The notes: generated from the sequence alone by a model not told the origin. DNA of 64,000 bases from Candidatus Eiseniibacteriota bacterium (GCA_052390515.1 JBQTGV010000036.1:20779-84778), one strand, 5' to 3'. Numbered from the stretch's first letter, positions 27,042 through 37,194 are shown. Made by a program: numbers and translations.

Positions 27042-28858
27042 TCGGAACCACGTTGCGCCCCTGGCCTCCCGACCTCGAACCGAAGCTCGTCACCGCGTTT
27101 CGCGAGGGCTACTCCTCCGCCCAGTTCTCCCGCGATCTCCTCTCCGGCGTCGTGGTCGGAATCGTCGCGCTGCCGCTGGCCATCGCCTTCGCCATCGCGT
27201 CGGGGGTCCGCCCGGAGCAGGGGCTCTACACCGCCGTCGTCGCCGGGCTTGTCATCTCGGCGCTCGGCGGCAGCCGAGTGCAGATCGGCGGGCCCACCGG
27301 CGCGTTCGTCGTCATCGTCGCCGGCGTGGTGGCGCAGTACGGCTACGACGGGCTGGCCACCGCCACCCTCATGGCCGGCGTCATGCTCGTCGTGATGGGG
27401 ATCGCCCGGCTCGGCGACGTGATCCGCTTCATTCCCTATCCGGTCACGGTCGGGTTCACGACGGGCATCGCCCTGATCATCGCCACGAGCCAGATCCGCG
27501 ATGCTCTCGGCCTGCCGATGGAGCAGGTGCCCCACGAGTTCTTCGAGAAGTGGATCGCGTACGCGGCGCAGATCCGGTTCGTGGATCCGGCCGCCCTCGT
27601 CCTCTGCGCGGCCTCGGTCGTGGTGATCTGGCTGTGGCCCCGCGTGACGACGCGCGTGCCGGGAACGCTCATCGCGCTGCTGGCCGCCACCGTGGCAGCG
27701 CAGCTCTTCTCCCTCGACGTGGAGACGATCGGCAGCCGCTTCGGCGAGGTGCCGAGCTCCCTACCCAAGCCGCGGCTCCCGAACATCGAGTGGAGCCTGC
27801 TGGCCGAGCTGAGCTCGCCGGCGATCGCGATCGCCCTGCTGGCCGGGATCGAATCGCTGCTCTCCGCGCTGGTGGCCGACGGCATGATCGGCGGGCGGCA
27901 CCGCTCCAACGCGGAGCTGATCGGTCAGGGCTTCGCCAACATCGTGTCCCCGCTCTTCGCCGGGATCCCGGCCACCGGGGCGATCGCGCGCACGGCCACC
28001 AACGTGCGCAACGGAGGGCGAACGCCGGTCGCGGGCATCGTGCACGCGCTGACGCTGCTGGTGGTGCTGATGGTGGCGGGCCGGTGGGCGGCGCTCATCC
28101 CCATGCCGGCGCTGGCGGCCATCCTGTTCGTGGTGGCCTACACGATGAGCGAGTGGCGCGCGTTCGCCCGCCTCCTGCGCGGTCCGCGCAGCGACGTGCT
28201 GGTGCTGTTCTGCACGTTCCTCCTGACCGTGGTCGTGGATCTGACCGTGGCGATCCAGGTCGGCGTCGTCCTCGCCTCCCTGCTTTTCATGCGGCGGATG
28301 GCGGAGGTCACGCAGGTGAAGTCCGCCTCCAGCATCCTGGGCTACGGCGAAGGCGAGGAGATGGGCGGCTCCATGCCCGAGCTTCCCGCCGGCGTCGAGG
28401 TGTTCGAGATCCACGGGACGTTCTGCTTCGGCGCGGCGCGGAAGTTCAGCGAGCTGGTCTCCAGCCGGCAGACGAAGCCGGCGGTCGTGATCCTGCGCAT
28501 GCGCAACGTGCTGGCCATGGACGCGACCGGCCTGCACGCGCTGGAAACGGTGGCGTCCCGCTTCCGGCAGCAGGGCACCGTGCTGCTGCTCTCCGGCGTG
28601 CACGCGCAGCCGCTGGTCGTCATGACGAGGAGCGGCGCGCTGGACCGGATCGGCGTGCAGAACCTGTTCGGGACGCTGCGCGAAGCGGTGGGCAAGGCGC
28701 GGGAGCTGGTCGGCCCGAAGGACGAGATCGAGGAAGCGGAGCCGGCGGAAACAGCGGGCGCCGCCGGCGGCGCGGCGGCCCCGTCGGACACCGCGGCCCC
28801 GTCGGACACCGCGGCCCCGTCCGACACCTCGGCCCCATCCGACACCGCGGCGAAGTGA
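27038..28858 (+). CDS. SulP family anion transporter with STAS domain
   Basis: GIVALPLAIAFAIASG, GGPTGAF, ESLLSA and GAIARTA; start at CTG27038 or TTG27053. Confidence 0.95.
   Translation: MIGTTLRPWPPDLEPKLVTAFREGYSSAQFSRDLLSGVVVGIVALPLAIAFAIASGVRPEQGLYTAVVAGLVISALGGSRVQIGGPTGAFVVIVAGVVAQYGYDGLATATLMAGVMLVVMGIARLGDVIRFIPYPVTVGFTTGIALIIATSQIRDALGLPMEQVPHEFFEKWIAYAAQIRFVDPAALVLCAASVVVIWLWPRVTTRVPGTLIALLAATVAAQLFSLDVETIGSRFGEVPSSLPKPRLPNIEWSLLAELSSPAIAIALLAGIESLLSALVADGMIGGRHRSNAELIGQGFANIVSPLFAGIPATGAIARTATNVRNGGRTPVAGIVHALTLLVVLMVAGRWAALIPMPALAAILFVVAYTMSEWRAFARLLRGPRSDVLVLFCTFLLTVVVDLTVAIQVGVVLASLLFMRRMAEVTQVKSASSILGYGEGEEMGGSMPELPAGVEVFEIHGTFCFGAARKFSELVSSRQTKPAVVILRMRNVLAMDATGLHALETVASRFRQQGTVLLLSGVHAQPLVVMTRSGALDRIGVQNLFGTLREAVGKARELVGPKDEIEEAEPAETAGAAGGAAAPSDTAAPSDTAAPSDTSAPSDTAAK
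28775..28846 (+). repeat. 4 x 18-bp coding tandem repeat ([A/S]APSDT)
   Basis: GCGGCCCCGTCGGACACC twice exactly, then two variant copies. Confidence 0.95.
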
Positions 28859-29142
28859 TGTCGGAGAAGCTCGAGACGCTCTTCGAGGGACGCGACCTGC
28901 GCATCGAGCGCATCGTCTCGCGGGGGCATGCGTCGCCACCGGGGTTCTGGTACGACTCGGACGAGGGCGAGTGGGTGATGCTGCTGTCCGGCGCGGCGGA
29001 GGTGCGCTTCGAGGAGGAGGGGCGGCGCGTGAAGCTCGCCCCGGGCGATCATCTGCACATCCGGCCGCACGAGCGACATCGCGTGGAGTGGACGCAGCCG
29101 GACGCGGACACCGTGTGGCTCGCGGTGCATCACCGCGAATGA
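28858..29142 (+). CDS. Cupin domain protein
   Basis: RIERIVSRGHASPPGFWYD, EWV and HRVEWT. Confidence 0.9.
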   Translation: MSEKLETLFEGRDLRIERIVSRGHASPPGFWYDSDEGEWVMLLSGAAEVRFEEEGRRVKLAPGDHLHIRPHERHRVEWTQPDADTVWLAVHHRE

Positions 29143-29993
29143 ACGGCGCGCGGTTCGTCTCCATCCCCGGCGGCCGGCGGCTGGCGTACGCCGAGTACGG
29201 AGATCCGGGCGGCTTCCCGGTCGTCGCGGCGCACGGGAATCCGGGATCGCGGCTGGCGTGGGCGCCGCTCGGACGGTCCGACCTGCGCGGATTCCGGCTC
29301 ATCGCGCCGGATCGGCCGGGGTTCGGAGGGTCGGAAGGCGGCACTCCGCGGAGCCACGGCGATTGGGCCGGCAGCGTCGCGGCGCTGGCGGATGCGCTGG
29401 GCCTCGGCCGCTTCGCGCTGGTCGGAGTCTCGGGCGGAGGTCCCTGGGCGCTGGCCGCCGCGGCAAAGCTCGCCGCGAGGGTTGAAGCGCTCGGGCTGAT
29501 CGCCACCGGGCCGTCGCCGGAGCGCACCGCCGGCCCCTTCCTGCTCGCGGCCCGTCACGTGCCGGCGCTGATCCGGGTGCGCGCGGAGGTGCTCGCACGG
29601 CTCGCCGCCCGGGACCCGCACGCCCTCGTCCGGCGGACCTTCGCCGGGTATCCCGAGGTGGATCGGGCGCTTCTCCGCCGCCCGGAGGTCGCGGCGCATC
29701 TCGCCGCCGACTTCGCCGAAGCGTATCGTCAGGGCGGCGCAGCGTCGGCGCGCGAGATGACCCTCTTCGCGAGAAGGTGGAGCACGGCGCCGGCGGAGGC
29801 GACGATGCCGGTCATCCTCTGGCACGGCCTGGCGGACACGGTGATTCCGCTGCGGGCCGCGGAGGCGCTGGCGGCCCGGCTCCCGCGCGCGAAGCTCGTG
29901 AAGGTGCGGGGCGCCGGACATCTCTGGTGGCTCGAGCATCTCGGAGAGGCGCTTGCCGCGCTCCGGGACGCGGCGCGGGAATCGGACGCATGA
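29139..29993 (+). CDS. Alpha/beta hydrolase
   Basis: HGNPGSR, DRPGFG, GVSGGG, HGLAD and GAGH. Confidence 0.9.
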   Translation: MNGARFVSIPGGRRLAYAEYGDPGGFPVVAAHGNPGSRLAWAPLGRSDLRGFRLIAPDRPGFGGSEGGTPRSHGDWAGSVAALADALGLGRFALVGVSGGGPWALAAAAKLAARVEALGLIATGPSPERTAGPFLLAARHVPALIRVRAEVLARLAARDPHALVRRTFAGYPEVDRALLRRPEVAAHLAADFAEAYRQGGAASAREMTLFARRWSTAPAEATMPVILWHGLADTVIPLRAAEALAARLPRAKLVKVRGAGHLWWLEHLGEALAALRDAARESDA

Positions 29994-31057
29994 GTCGGAT
30001 CGAGATCAGCGAAGGCGACATCACCGGACTCCGCGTCGATGCCGTCGTCAACGCGGCGAACGAGGCGATGCTCGGCGGCGGCGGCGTGGACGGCGCCATC
30101 CATCGTGCGGCGGGACCCGCGCTGCTCGAGGAGTGCCGGCAGCTCCCCGAGGTTCGTCCCGGGGTGCGCTGCCCGACGGGCGAAGCGCGCATCACCGGCG
30201 CTCACGCGCTGGCCGCGAGGTTCGTGATCCACGCCGTGGGTCCGGTGTGGCGCGGCGGCGGTGAGGGCGAGCCGGATCTGCTCGCCTCGTGCTACCGGGA
30301 AGCGCTGCGCTTGGCGGCCGAGCACTCGCTGCGCAGCATCGCCTTTCCGGCGATCAGCTGCGGCGTGTACGGCTACCCCCTCGGGCACGCCGCGGAGGTG
30401 GCGGTTCGCACCGTTCGCGCGTTCCTCGCCGAGGACGACACGATCGAGCGCGTGGTGCTCACCGCGTTCACGCCCGAGGTGCGCGCCGCGATCGAGGCGG
30501 CGATGGCGACCTCGGCCGTGCTTCGCCCTCCGCGGCAGATGGAGACACCACGATTGCGCCTGCGTCCCCCGGCGGCCGGCGACGCGCGCTTCGTCTTCGA
30601 CGACTACGCTCAGGACGCGGAGGTCACGCGCTACCTGACCTGGGCACCGCACACCGACATCGAGCAGACGCGCTCGTTCCTGGAGGCCTGCGAGCGCTGC
30701 TGGGCGGACGGGACCGCGTTCCCGTGGGTGATCCAAAGGAAGGACGACGCACGCCTCCTCGGCATGATCGAGCTGCGCCTCTCCGGCCCGCGCGCCGAGG
30801 TGGGCTACGTGCTGGCGCGCGCGCACTGGGGGCGCGGGTACATGGTCGAGGCCGTTCGCCGGGTCGGGGACTGGTCCCTGGCCCAGCCCTGCATCCACCG
30901 CTTCGGGGCGCTCTGCGACGTGGAGAACCGCGCGTCGCGGCGCGTGCTGGAGAAGGCGGGGCTGACGCTCGAGGGAACGCTGCGGCGCTGGGGGTACCAT
31001 CCGGGCGCGGGTCGCGGTCCGCGGGACGTCCTGAGCTTCTCGATCGTGCGGGAGTGA
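29990..31057 (+). CDS. Macrodomain (YmdB-like) fused to a RimJ/RimL-type GNAT
   Basis: [19 protein letters not shown] and [13 protein letters not shown]; then [17 protein letters not shown] and [12 protein letters not shown]. Confidence 0.9.
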   Translation: MSRIEISEGDITGLRVDAVVNAANEAMLGGGGVDGAIHRAAGPALLEECRQLPEVRPGVRCPTGEARITGAHALAARFVIHAVGPVWRGGGEGEPDLLASCYREALRLAAEHSLRSIAFPAISCGVYGYPLGHAAEVAVRTVRAFLAEDDTIERVVLTAFTPEVRAAIEAAMATSAVLRPPRQMETPRLRLRPPAAGDARFVFDDYAQDAEVTRYLTWAPHTDIEQTRSFLEACERCWADGTAFPWVIQRKDDARLLGMIELRLSGPRAEVGYVLARAHWGRGYMVEAVRRVGDWSLAQPCIHRFGALCDVENRASRRVLEKAGLTLEGTLRRWGYHPGAGRGPRDVLSFSIVRE

Positions 31058-31168
31058 GCCGGCGGGCCGGGCGGCAGCGTCCTGCGCGCGAAACGGTTCG
31101 CCGGCCGCCGCGGGTTCGTGGATAATGACCGGCCGTCTCCCGGACGGCGGGCGAAGGAGGTGACGACG

Positions 31169-31324
31169 TTGCAGGGCAAGCTGCTCGCCTGGGCCATCGC
31201 CCTCACGATCCTCGACCTGATCACGCCGTTCGTTCCCATCCTCGGCGTGCTGCTGATCTGGGTCGTGGCGGCGCGGCCGCGCTGGTTCGCCGGGTTCGTC
31301 CGCGATCTCTACGGCGGCGCCTGA
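31169..31324 (+). CDS. Small membrane protein
   Basis: AAGGAGG RBS before TTG; two hydrophobic segments. Confidence 0.6.
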   Translation: MQGKLLAWAIALTILDLITPFVPILGVLLIWVVAARPRWFAGFVRDLYGGA

Positions 31325-31332
31325 CTCCGCGC

Positions 31333-32079
31333 ATGCACCGCATCCACTGCTCGTACCACAAGTGCCTGACGATCTACTACAGCCGCGTCATGAGCAGGCT
31401 GTACAACCAGTTCCTTCCGTGGAGCAGCGGGTACAAGCACTTCAACAGCCACCTGGACCAGTTCACCGAGAATCTCGGCCGGTGGCGAGTCCTCTCGGTC
31501 AACAACCACGCGCTCGACCTGGATCGGCTCGGGAGCTTCCGCATCACGCACTTCGTGCGTGACCCGCGGGATCTCGTCGTCTCCGGCTATCACTACCACA
31601 AGCGCGGGGCCGAGCCCTGGTGCGACGCGGTGAATCCGACGCGTGAGCGTTGGAAGGTCGTGAACGGGAACCGGCCGGCGGCCATGGGCGACGAGCACTC
31701 CTACACGACTTATCTACAGAGCCTGTCTGAGGAGGAGGGGCTGATCGCGGAGATCGAGTTCCGCAAGCATCACTTCGAGTCGATGGCCCGGTGGCCGATC
31801 GAGCATTCCGGCGTTCTCACCTTGCGGTACGAGGACACGCTCGGCCGGGAAGTGGAGACGTTCTCGCGGATCTTCGATTTCTACGAGGTGCCGTTTCACG
31901 AGCGCACCATCGGGCGCTTCCTCGCGTGGCGGTTCTCGGCGAAACGCCAGAGCCGGAAGACCGAGCACATCCGGAATCCCGAGCCGGCGCAGTGGAAGAA
32001 GAAGTTCACGCCGGAGGTGACGCGCGTCTTCCGGGAGCGGCACGGCGAGCTGATCGAACGTTACGGGTACGAGTGGTGA
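31333..32079 (+). CDS. Sulfotransferase-fold protein
   Basis: YHKCLT (5'-PSB-like), RDPRDLVVSGY (3'-PB-like), LRYED and HIR. Confidence 0.8.
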   Translation: MHRIHCSYHKCLTIYYSRVMSRLYNQFLPWSSGYKHFNSHLDQFTENLGRWRVLSVNNHALDLDRLGSFRITHFVRDPRDLVVSGYHYHKRGAEPWCDAVNPTRERWKVVNGNRPAAMGDEHSYTTYLQSLSEEEGLIAEIEFRKHHFESMARWPIEHSGVLTLRYEDTLGREVETFSRIFDFYEVPFHERTIGRFLAWRFSAKRQSRKTEHIRNPEPAQWKKKFTPEVTRVFRERHGELIERYGYEW

Positions 32080-32110
32080 GGTGAGGGGCGGGCGCGCGGG
32101 CCGGCGGCCG

Positions 32111-32527
32111 ATGTGGGAGTGCGCGCGGTGTGGGCGCCGCTTCGCGAAGCGGAATCAATGGCACTCCTGCGCGCGCTGGACGGCCCGCGCGCACCGGGAG
32201 GGGAGAAGCGCGGTGGTGGCGCGGGTCTACCGCGGGTTCACCGCGGCGGTGCGGAGCTGCGGTCCGGTGAAGCGGCACCCGGCGAAGGCGCGGATCGGCT
32301 ACATCGCGCGGATGACATTCGCCGCCGCGTACGTCAAGGAGCGCTGGGTCGACGTGCACCTGATCCTCGCGCGGCGGATGGAGGACAAGCGCGTCCGCCG
32401 CATCGAGTCGATCGGCGGGCGACACGTGCATCACTTTCGGCTGCTCGCCCCCGGCGACGTGGACGCAGAGCTGCGGCGATGGATCCGGCAGGCGTACCGC
32501 GTGGTGGCGGCAGAAGGTGTCGGTTGA
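32111..32527 (+). CDS. DUF5655-like protein with an N-terminal Zn-finger motif
   Basis: MWECARCGRRF...WHSC; C-terminal DVDAELRRWIRQAY. Confidence 0.75.
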   Translation: MWECARCGRRFAKRNQWHSCARWTARAHREGRSAVVARVYRGFTAAVRSCGPVKRHPAKARIGYIARMTFAAAYVKERWVDVHLILARRMEDKRVRRIESIGGRHVHHFRLLAPGDVDAELRRWIRQAYRVVAAEGVG

Positions 32528-32533
32528 CTTCGC

Positions 32534-32570
32534 CACGCGAGTGTAGGGAGATGTCCGCACTCGCGTGCTT
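32534..32570 (+). terminator. Hairpin, possible terminator
   Basis: CACGCGAGTG (32534-32543) and CACTCGCGTG (32558-32567) form a perfect inverted repeat followed by CTTT. Confidence 0.45.
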
Positions 32571-32591
32571 TGCAGGGAGCCTAACCAGACC

Positions 32592-33896
32592 ATGAAGGAG
32601 ATCCTACGCTCAGCTCAAAGGACGCATTTGGCGATCAACATTTTGACGTTCGCGATTCTCTACAACACCGTCCGCGAGCTCTCGGTGCCGCTTGATGTCG
32701 ACGCGATCGAAAGCGAGCTGGACGTTCTTCACGAGCGAGTCGAGATTGCGGTTGGCTTGAACTCCATCCTTCCTGTGCTTTCGCCGACGTGGGTGGACAG
32801 TGCCGGAGCGTCCATCGAAGACTTCATTGGAAGTAGCATGCCCGATACGGTCTTTGTTAGGGCCGTCCGTCATGCGCCGCCGTACGATGTAGACGTGGCG
32901 CGGGATTCGATCGCGGTGCTCTTAGCTGGAGATCAGCTCTTTGATGACGTTTACGTGCAGTACTTGAGCGCACCTGATAGTAGACCGAGCGAGTTTGTAC
33001 GGATCTTCGCTTCCATCGAACAGGCTGAGCTCTCCGGGGAGATGACTGCGTGGAGAGTTGCACCAGAGATCGAAGCGCTGAGAAGCCGTCTCCAGGCATG
33101 GGCGCAGCTCGACAGCACGGGTCGATCGGTGCTTGCGCACGCTCAATCGCTTAGAGCGGTCTCAGATTCGCTGGGGCTTCAAGTGTCTGACGATATGCTG
33201 AGTGCGCAAGTGTCCGTTGAGATGTCGCACTGGCGCGTCGAGCGTCTGGACCCTCTCCGGTGGGCAGATGACAGTCAGCATGTCGTCGTGCAGGTACGCT
33301 TTGAACCGGCGTCGGAAGCCGCCGCCGAACCGCGGGCGTTGATCTCACCACTGGTCCTAGATCTGCCAGTGCGATCGGTCTATGAGCCCATTCCGATACC
33401 GCCCCTTCGTGAGCAGTACCCCGCCCTTAGCACTTCGTGGCAGGACGTGAGGTCCAAGACGATCAGTGGCGCCAGAGCCTGGATTGAGGAGGAGAGAGAG
33501 CGACAGCTTGGAGGCGGGGTCGAGATCCCCGGTATGAAACCGCTCTCCATCCGTCCGACTCACTTGAACTGGATTCTTCCGAGTGTTCAGATGGCGCTTC
33601 TGACACACTTGATCGCTCTGGTTCTCGAGCTCAGACGGCGCGCTCCGGTTCTCGGGGAGTGTCCTCTTGATTCCGAGACGAGCTGGATAGCCGCGTTTCC
33701 TGGGCGCCTGTCACGTTGGAAGACACGATTTGAGCTATGCGCACTTCCCGTAGGGGCAAACCTGCTTGGCGCGCTGAAGTGGCAAGGATCAAAGACCACT
33801 GCAGGTCTTCTGGTGGCGTTCTTGGTGCTGTCTCTCACTCTCGGCCTCATTACCTGCCATCTGCTGCGGATCGTTCGCCAGCGGCATGATGTGTGA
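32592..33896 (+). CDS. Hypothetical membrane protein with atypically low GC
   Basis: 434-aa ORF with many A/T-ending codons; 1 N-terminal and 2-3 C-terminal TM segments. Confidence 0.7.
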   Translation: MKEILRSAQRTHLAINILTFAILYNTVRELSVPLDVDAIESELDVLHERVEIAVGLNSILPVLSPTWVDSAGASIEDFIGSSMPDTVFVRAVRHAPPYDVDVARDSIAVLLAGDQLFDDVYVQYLSAPDSRPSEFVRIFASIEQAELSGEMTAWRVAPEIEALRSRLQAWAQLDSTGRSVLAHAQSLRAVSDSLGLQVSDDMLSAQVSVEMSHWRVERLDPLRWADDSQHVVVQVRFEPASEAAAEPRALISPLVLDLPVRSVYEPIPIPPLREQYPALSTSWQDVRSKTISGARAWIEEERERQLGGGVEIPGMKPLSIRPTHLNWILPSVQMALLTHLIALVLELRRRAPVLGECPLDSETSWIAAFPGRLSRWKTRFELCALPVGANLLGALKWQGSKTTAGLLVAFLVLSLTLGLITCHLLRIVRQRHDV

Positions 33897-33964
33897 CTCG
33901 GGACGTGGGAGTCGACGATCCCTCAGCGTGACGTAAGGCAATTGAGTCGGGGTTCGAGGAAGTC

Positions 33965-35410
33965 TCAGCCGAGCGGGGCGTTAAGCCACGCCCGCCAGCG
34001 CTCCGCCTTCGCCGCGAGGTAGCTGCCGCGGCGGCCTCGCGGCATGGCTCGCGCGACCGACGGCGCGCCGACCGCCGTCCCTGCCGCGAGCTTCGCCGCG
34101 CCGAGCAGCGTCCCCTCCTGCTCCTCGGACACGACGATCTGCGCGTCGTGCATCGCAGCCATGCCCTGCGCCAGAAACGGCTCCGCCGAGAGCCCACCCG
34201 CCAGGACGATCCGCCGCGGCGGCGCGTCCGGGAAGAGATCCGCGAGGATGCCTCTCACGCGGAACAGCAGCCCCTCGAGCACGATCCGCCGCCGGTCGGC
34301 GTCGGACAGCCCCGCCGCGCCCTCCGAGAACGGCAGCGAGATCTCCTCGCGCCAGAACGGAGCGCCGAGTCCCGCCGTGTCCGGGATGCAGAACGCGCCC
34401 GGCGTGGGGTCCTCGACGGGCAGATCCGTCGGACCCTCGCCGAAGCGGTCCACGCCGGACGCGCCGCCGTTGATCGAACCTTCCAGCGCGAACAGCGTCG
34501 CCGCGCCGGCGCGCGCCCGCACCGGACCGAGGAGGTAGCCCGTCGGACGGAACGCGCGGTCATACGTCGGGCGAAGCACGAACGTCCCGGTGCCGAAGTT
34601 CACGAGCGCGGTCGCGCGGTCGTCGGCCCGGCCGTCGTCGGCTCGGTCGCCCTCGCCGCCGTCTTCGCCCTCAATGCACCCGAGTACTCCGGCGGCCTGG
34701 TCCGAGATCGTCGCGGCGAGGATGCCGCGGCCGGGCAGCGGGAGCAGCTCTCCTTCGCTCGGCGCGACCCGCGCCAGCGCCCCGCGCGGAACGGCGAAGA
34801 CCCGCAGCAGCTCCTCCGACCAGGTCTCCTCCTCCAGATCGAAGAGCAGCGTGCGCGCCGCCATCGTCGGATCCGTGCGCAGCACACCGCCTTCGCTCCA
34901 GCAGCGGACGAGCCAAGTCTCCAGCGTTCCGGCGACGAGATCGCCGCCTGCCAAGCCTCGCCGGAGTGCAGCGTCGCCCTCCATCAGCATGGCGAGCTTC
35001 GGCCCGAGGTAGTGCGGCGACAGCACGAGCCCGGTGCGACGCGTGACGTCGGCCTCGACGTGGCGATGCGCGCGACACCACTCCGCCGCGCGGCGGTCCT
35101 GCCACGAGATCATCGGAGTGCGCGGCTCGCCCGTGGTCCGGTCCCAGAGCAGGAACGTGGAGCGCTGCGAGGCGATCCCGACGCGAACGTCGTCGGCCGC
35201 ACGACCCGCGCCCGCCCCGCCGAGCGCCGCCTCCAGCGCCCGCTCGGCCGCCGCCCGGTAGGCGCGGGCGTCCCCCTCGCGGGTCGGCCCGGAACCGGAG
35301 AGCGGCGGCGCGGGTTCGGAGACCGGCGCGGAGAGCCTTCCCGACGCTTCCAGGCGGGCGGCCTTCACGCGCGTGCTTCCGAGATCGAGGGCCACGGCGA
35401 GAGGCTTCAT
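33965..35410 (-). CDS. FGGY family carbohydrate kinase (glycerol kinase-like)
   Basis: ALDLGST, SQRST, ISWQDRR, DQAAG, FGTGTF and GLGAPFW. Confidence 0.88.
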   Translation of the reverse strand: MKPLAVALDLGSTRVKAARLEASGRLSAPVSEPAPPLSGSGPTREGDARAYRAAAERALEAALGGAGAGRAADDVRVGIASQRSTFLLWDRTTGEPRTPMISWQDRRAAEWCRAHRHVEADVTRRTGLVLSPHYLGPKLAMLMEGDAALRRGLAGGDLVAGTLETWLVRCWSEGGVLRTDPTMAARTLLFDLEEETWSEELLRVFAVPRGALARVAPSEGELLPLPGRGILAATISDQAAGVLGCIEGEDGGEGDRADDGRADDRATALVNFGTGTFVLRPTYDRAFRPTGYLLGPVRARAGAATLFALEGSINGGASGVDRFGEGPTDLPVEDPTPGAFCIPDTAGLGAPFWREEISLPFSEGAAGLSDADRRRIVLEGLLFRVRGILADLFPDAPPRRIVLAGGLSAEPFLAQGMAAMHDAQIVVSEEQEGTLLGAAKLAAGTAVGAPSVARAMPRGRRGSYLAAKAERWRAWLNAPLG

Positions 35411-35460
35411 CGGCGCCCGGCAGCATAGGGCAGGCCGCCGCGCCGTGCTAGGATCCGACC

Positions 35461-35658
35461 ATGTGCCGGAACATCAAGAAGCTGCGCCGCCCGGAAGGGC
35501 CGCCGACCGACGAGGAGCTGCACGACGCCGCACTGCAGTTCGTGCGCAAGGTGAGCGGCTTCCGCAAGCCGAGCCGGACCAACACGGATGCGTTCGACCA
35601 CGCCGTGGAGGAGATCGCCTCGGCGGGACGGAAGCTGTTCGACCGGTTGGAGACGTGA
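35461..35658 (+). CDS. DUF2277 family protein
   Basis: MCRNIK and AALQFVRKVSGF. Confidence 0.85.
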   Translation: MCRNIKKLRRPEGPPTDEELHDAALQFVRKVSGFRKPSRTNTDAFDHAVEEIASAGRKLFDRLET

Positions 35659-36065
35659 AGCGTCGCGCCGGGTCTTCGCCGCCGGCCGGAGACGTGAGAC
35701 GCCCGCCCGGCTCGTCCCCGCGCCCTTCGCCGCTGCACACGAAGATCTGGATCGTCGTGGGCAGAATCCCGAGGGGCCGCGTGGCGACGTACGGGCAGGT
35801 GGCGCAGCTCGCCGGGCTCTCCAGGCAGCCGCGGCTCGTCGGCTACGCGCTGAACGCCCTTCCCGACTCCAGCCGCCTGCCGTGGCACCGCGTGATCAAC
35901 GCGAAGGGAGAGATCAGCCTCAGGTCCGAAGGCGGCTCGGACCGGCGGCAGAGGGTCCTGCTCGAAGGCGAGGGCGTGAAGTTCGACGCGCGCGGGAGGG
36001 TCTCGCTCGCCAGATACCGATGGCAGCCGAAGCGGGTTCCGCCCTTCGACCGCGCTGTTCTTTAG
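35655..36065 (+). CDS. Alkyltransferase-like (ATL) protein
   Basis: IPRGRVATYGQVA; PWHRV has Trp where MGMT has its Cys. Confidence 0.9.
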   Translation: MKRRAGSSPPAGDVRRPPGSSPRPSPLHTKIWIVVGRIPRGRVATYGQVAQLAGLSRQPRLVGYALNALPDSSRLPWHRVINAKGEISLRSEGGSDRRQRVLLEGEGVKFDARGRVSLARYRWQPKRVPPFDRAVL

Positions 36066-36080
36066 ACGACGGGAGACTCG

Positions 36081-37136
36081 ATGACCACCACGACCAGCCC
36101 TGGCGACGTTCGCCTCACGCAATACAGCCACGGCGCCGGCTGCGGCTGCAAGATAGCGCCGGCGGTGCTGGACCGCATCCTGGCCGGAGGCGTGGTGGGG
36201 CCGCCGGATCCGCGCCTCCTCGTCGGTCACGAAGAGCGGGACGACGCCGCCGTCTACGACCTGGGCGACGGCACGGCCGTCGTCAGCACGACCGACTTCT
36301 TCATGCCCATCGTGGACGACGCGCGGGACTTCGGGCGCATCGCGTCGGTGAACGCCATCAGCGACATCTACGCGATGGGCGGGACTCCGATGGTCGCCAT
36401 CTCCGTGCTGGGCTGGCCGATCGACAAGCTCTCGCCGGAAGTGGCGCAGCAGGTTGTGGACGGCGCGCGCGAGGCGTGCGCGGAGGCAGGAATCCCGCTG
36501 GCCGGCGGGCACAGCATCGACAGCCCCGAGCCGATCTTCGGGCTGGCGGTGACCGGCCGCGTCGCCGTGGCGAACGTGAAGAAGAACGGCGGCGCGCGCA
36601 CCGGCGACAGCCTCTTCCTGACCAAGCCGCTCGGTGTCGGCGTTCTCACGACCGCGCAGAAGCAGGGCAAGCTGCGCCCGGAGCACTCCCGCACGGCGCG
36701 CGACTCGATGGTGGTGCTCAACCGCATCGGCATCGATCTCGGGACGAAACCGTGGGTCATGGCGATGACCGACGTCACCGGCTTCGGGCTGCTGGGCCAT
36801 CTCGTCGAGATGTGCGAGGCGTCGGAACGGACCGCGCGGATCGAGTTCGCGCGGGTGCCGCGGATCGAGGCCACCGCCGTCGACGAGTACATCGCCGCGG
36901 GCTGCGTTCCGGGCGGCACGAAGCGCAACTTCGCCAGCTACGGGCACAAGATCGCCCCGTTGACGGATCTTCAGAGGAGCGTGCTCTGCGATCCGCAGAC
37001 GAGCGGCGGGCTGCTCGTCGCCGTCGATCCGAAGCACGAGGAGGACTTCCGGAGCCTGGCGCGGGGGTACCGTCTGGACCTTTCGCCCTTCGGGACGTTC
37101 GTGGAGCGGGGGAGGCACTGCGTGGAGGTCGTCTAG
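36081..37136 (+). CDS. selD: Selenide, water dikinase (Cys-type)
   Basis: [41 protein letters not shown] and DPQTSGGLL. Confidence 0.97.
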   Translation: MTTTTSPGDVRLTQYSHGAGCGCKIAPAVLDRILAGGVVGPPDPRLLVGHEERDDAAVYDLGDGTAVVSTTDFFMPIVDDARDFGRIASVNAISDIYAMGGTPMVAISVLGWPIDKLSPEVAQQVVDGAREACAEAGIPLAGGHSIDSPEPIFGLAVTGRVAVANVKKNGGARTGDSLFLTKPLGVGVLTTAQKQGKLRPEHSRTARDSMVVLNRIGIDLGTKPWVMAMTDVTGFGLLGHLVEMCEASERTARIEFARVPRIEATAVDEYIAAGCVPGGTKRNFASYGHKIAPLTDLQRSVLCDPQTSGGLLVAVDPKHEEDFRSLARGYRLDLSPFGTFVERGRHCVEVV

Positions 37137-37194
37137 GACTCGTCCAGGACCCGGGGCTTGAAGGACCAGACGCATGTCTGGTATATCTCGGGCC

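Noticed and set aside
28775-28846. Tandem repeat as a CRISPR array
   Set aside because: No spacers, 18-bp in-frame coding units, and no cas genes
552-33964. Intact integron attC sites between array genes
   Set aside because: No RYYYAAC...GTTRRRY pair with proper arms was found, most junctions are overlaps or very short, and there is no integrase in the window
36081-36160. SelD as a selenoprotein
   Set aside because: The active site is TGC-GGC-TGC (CGC) with no in-frame TGA
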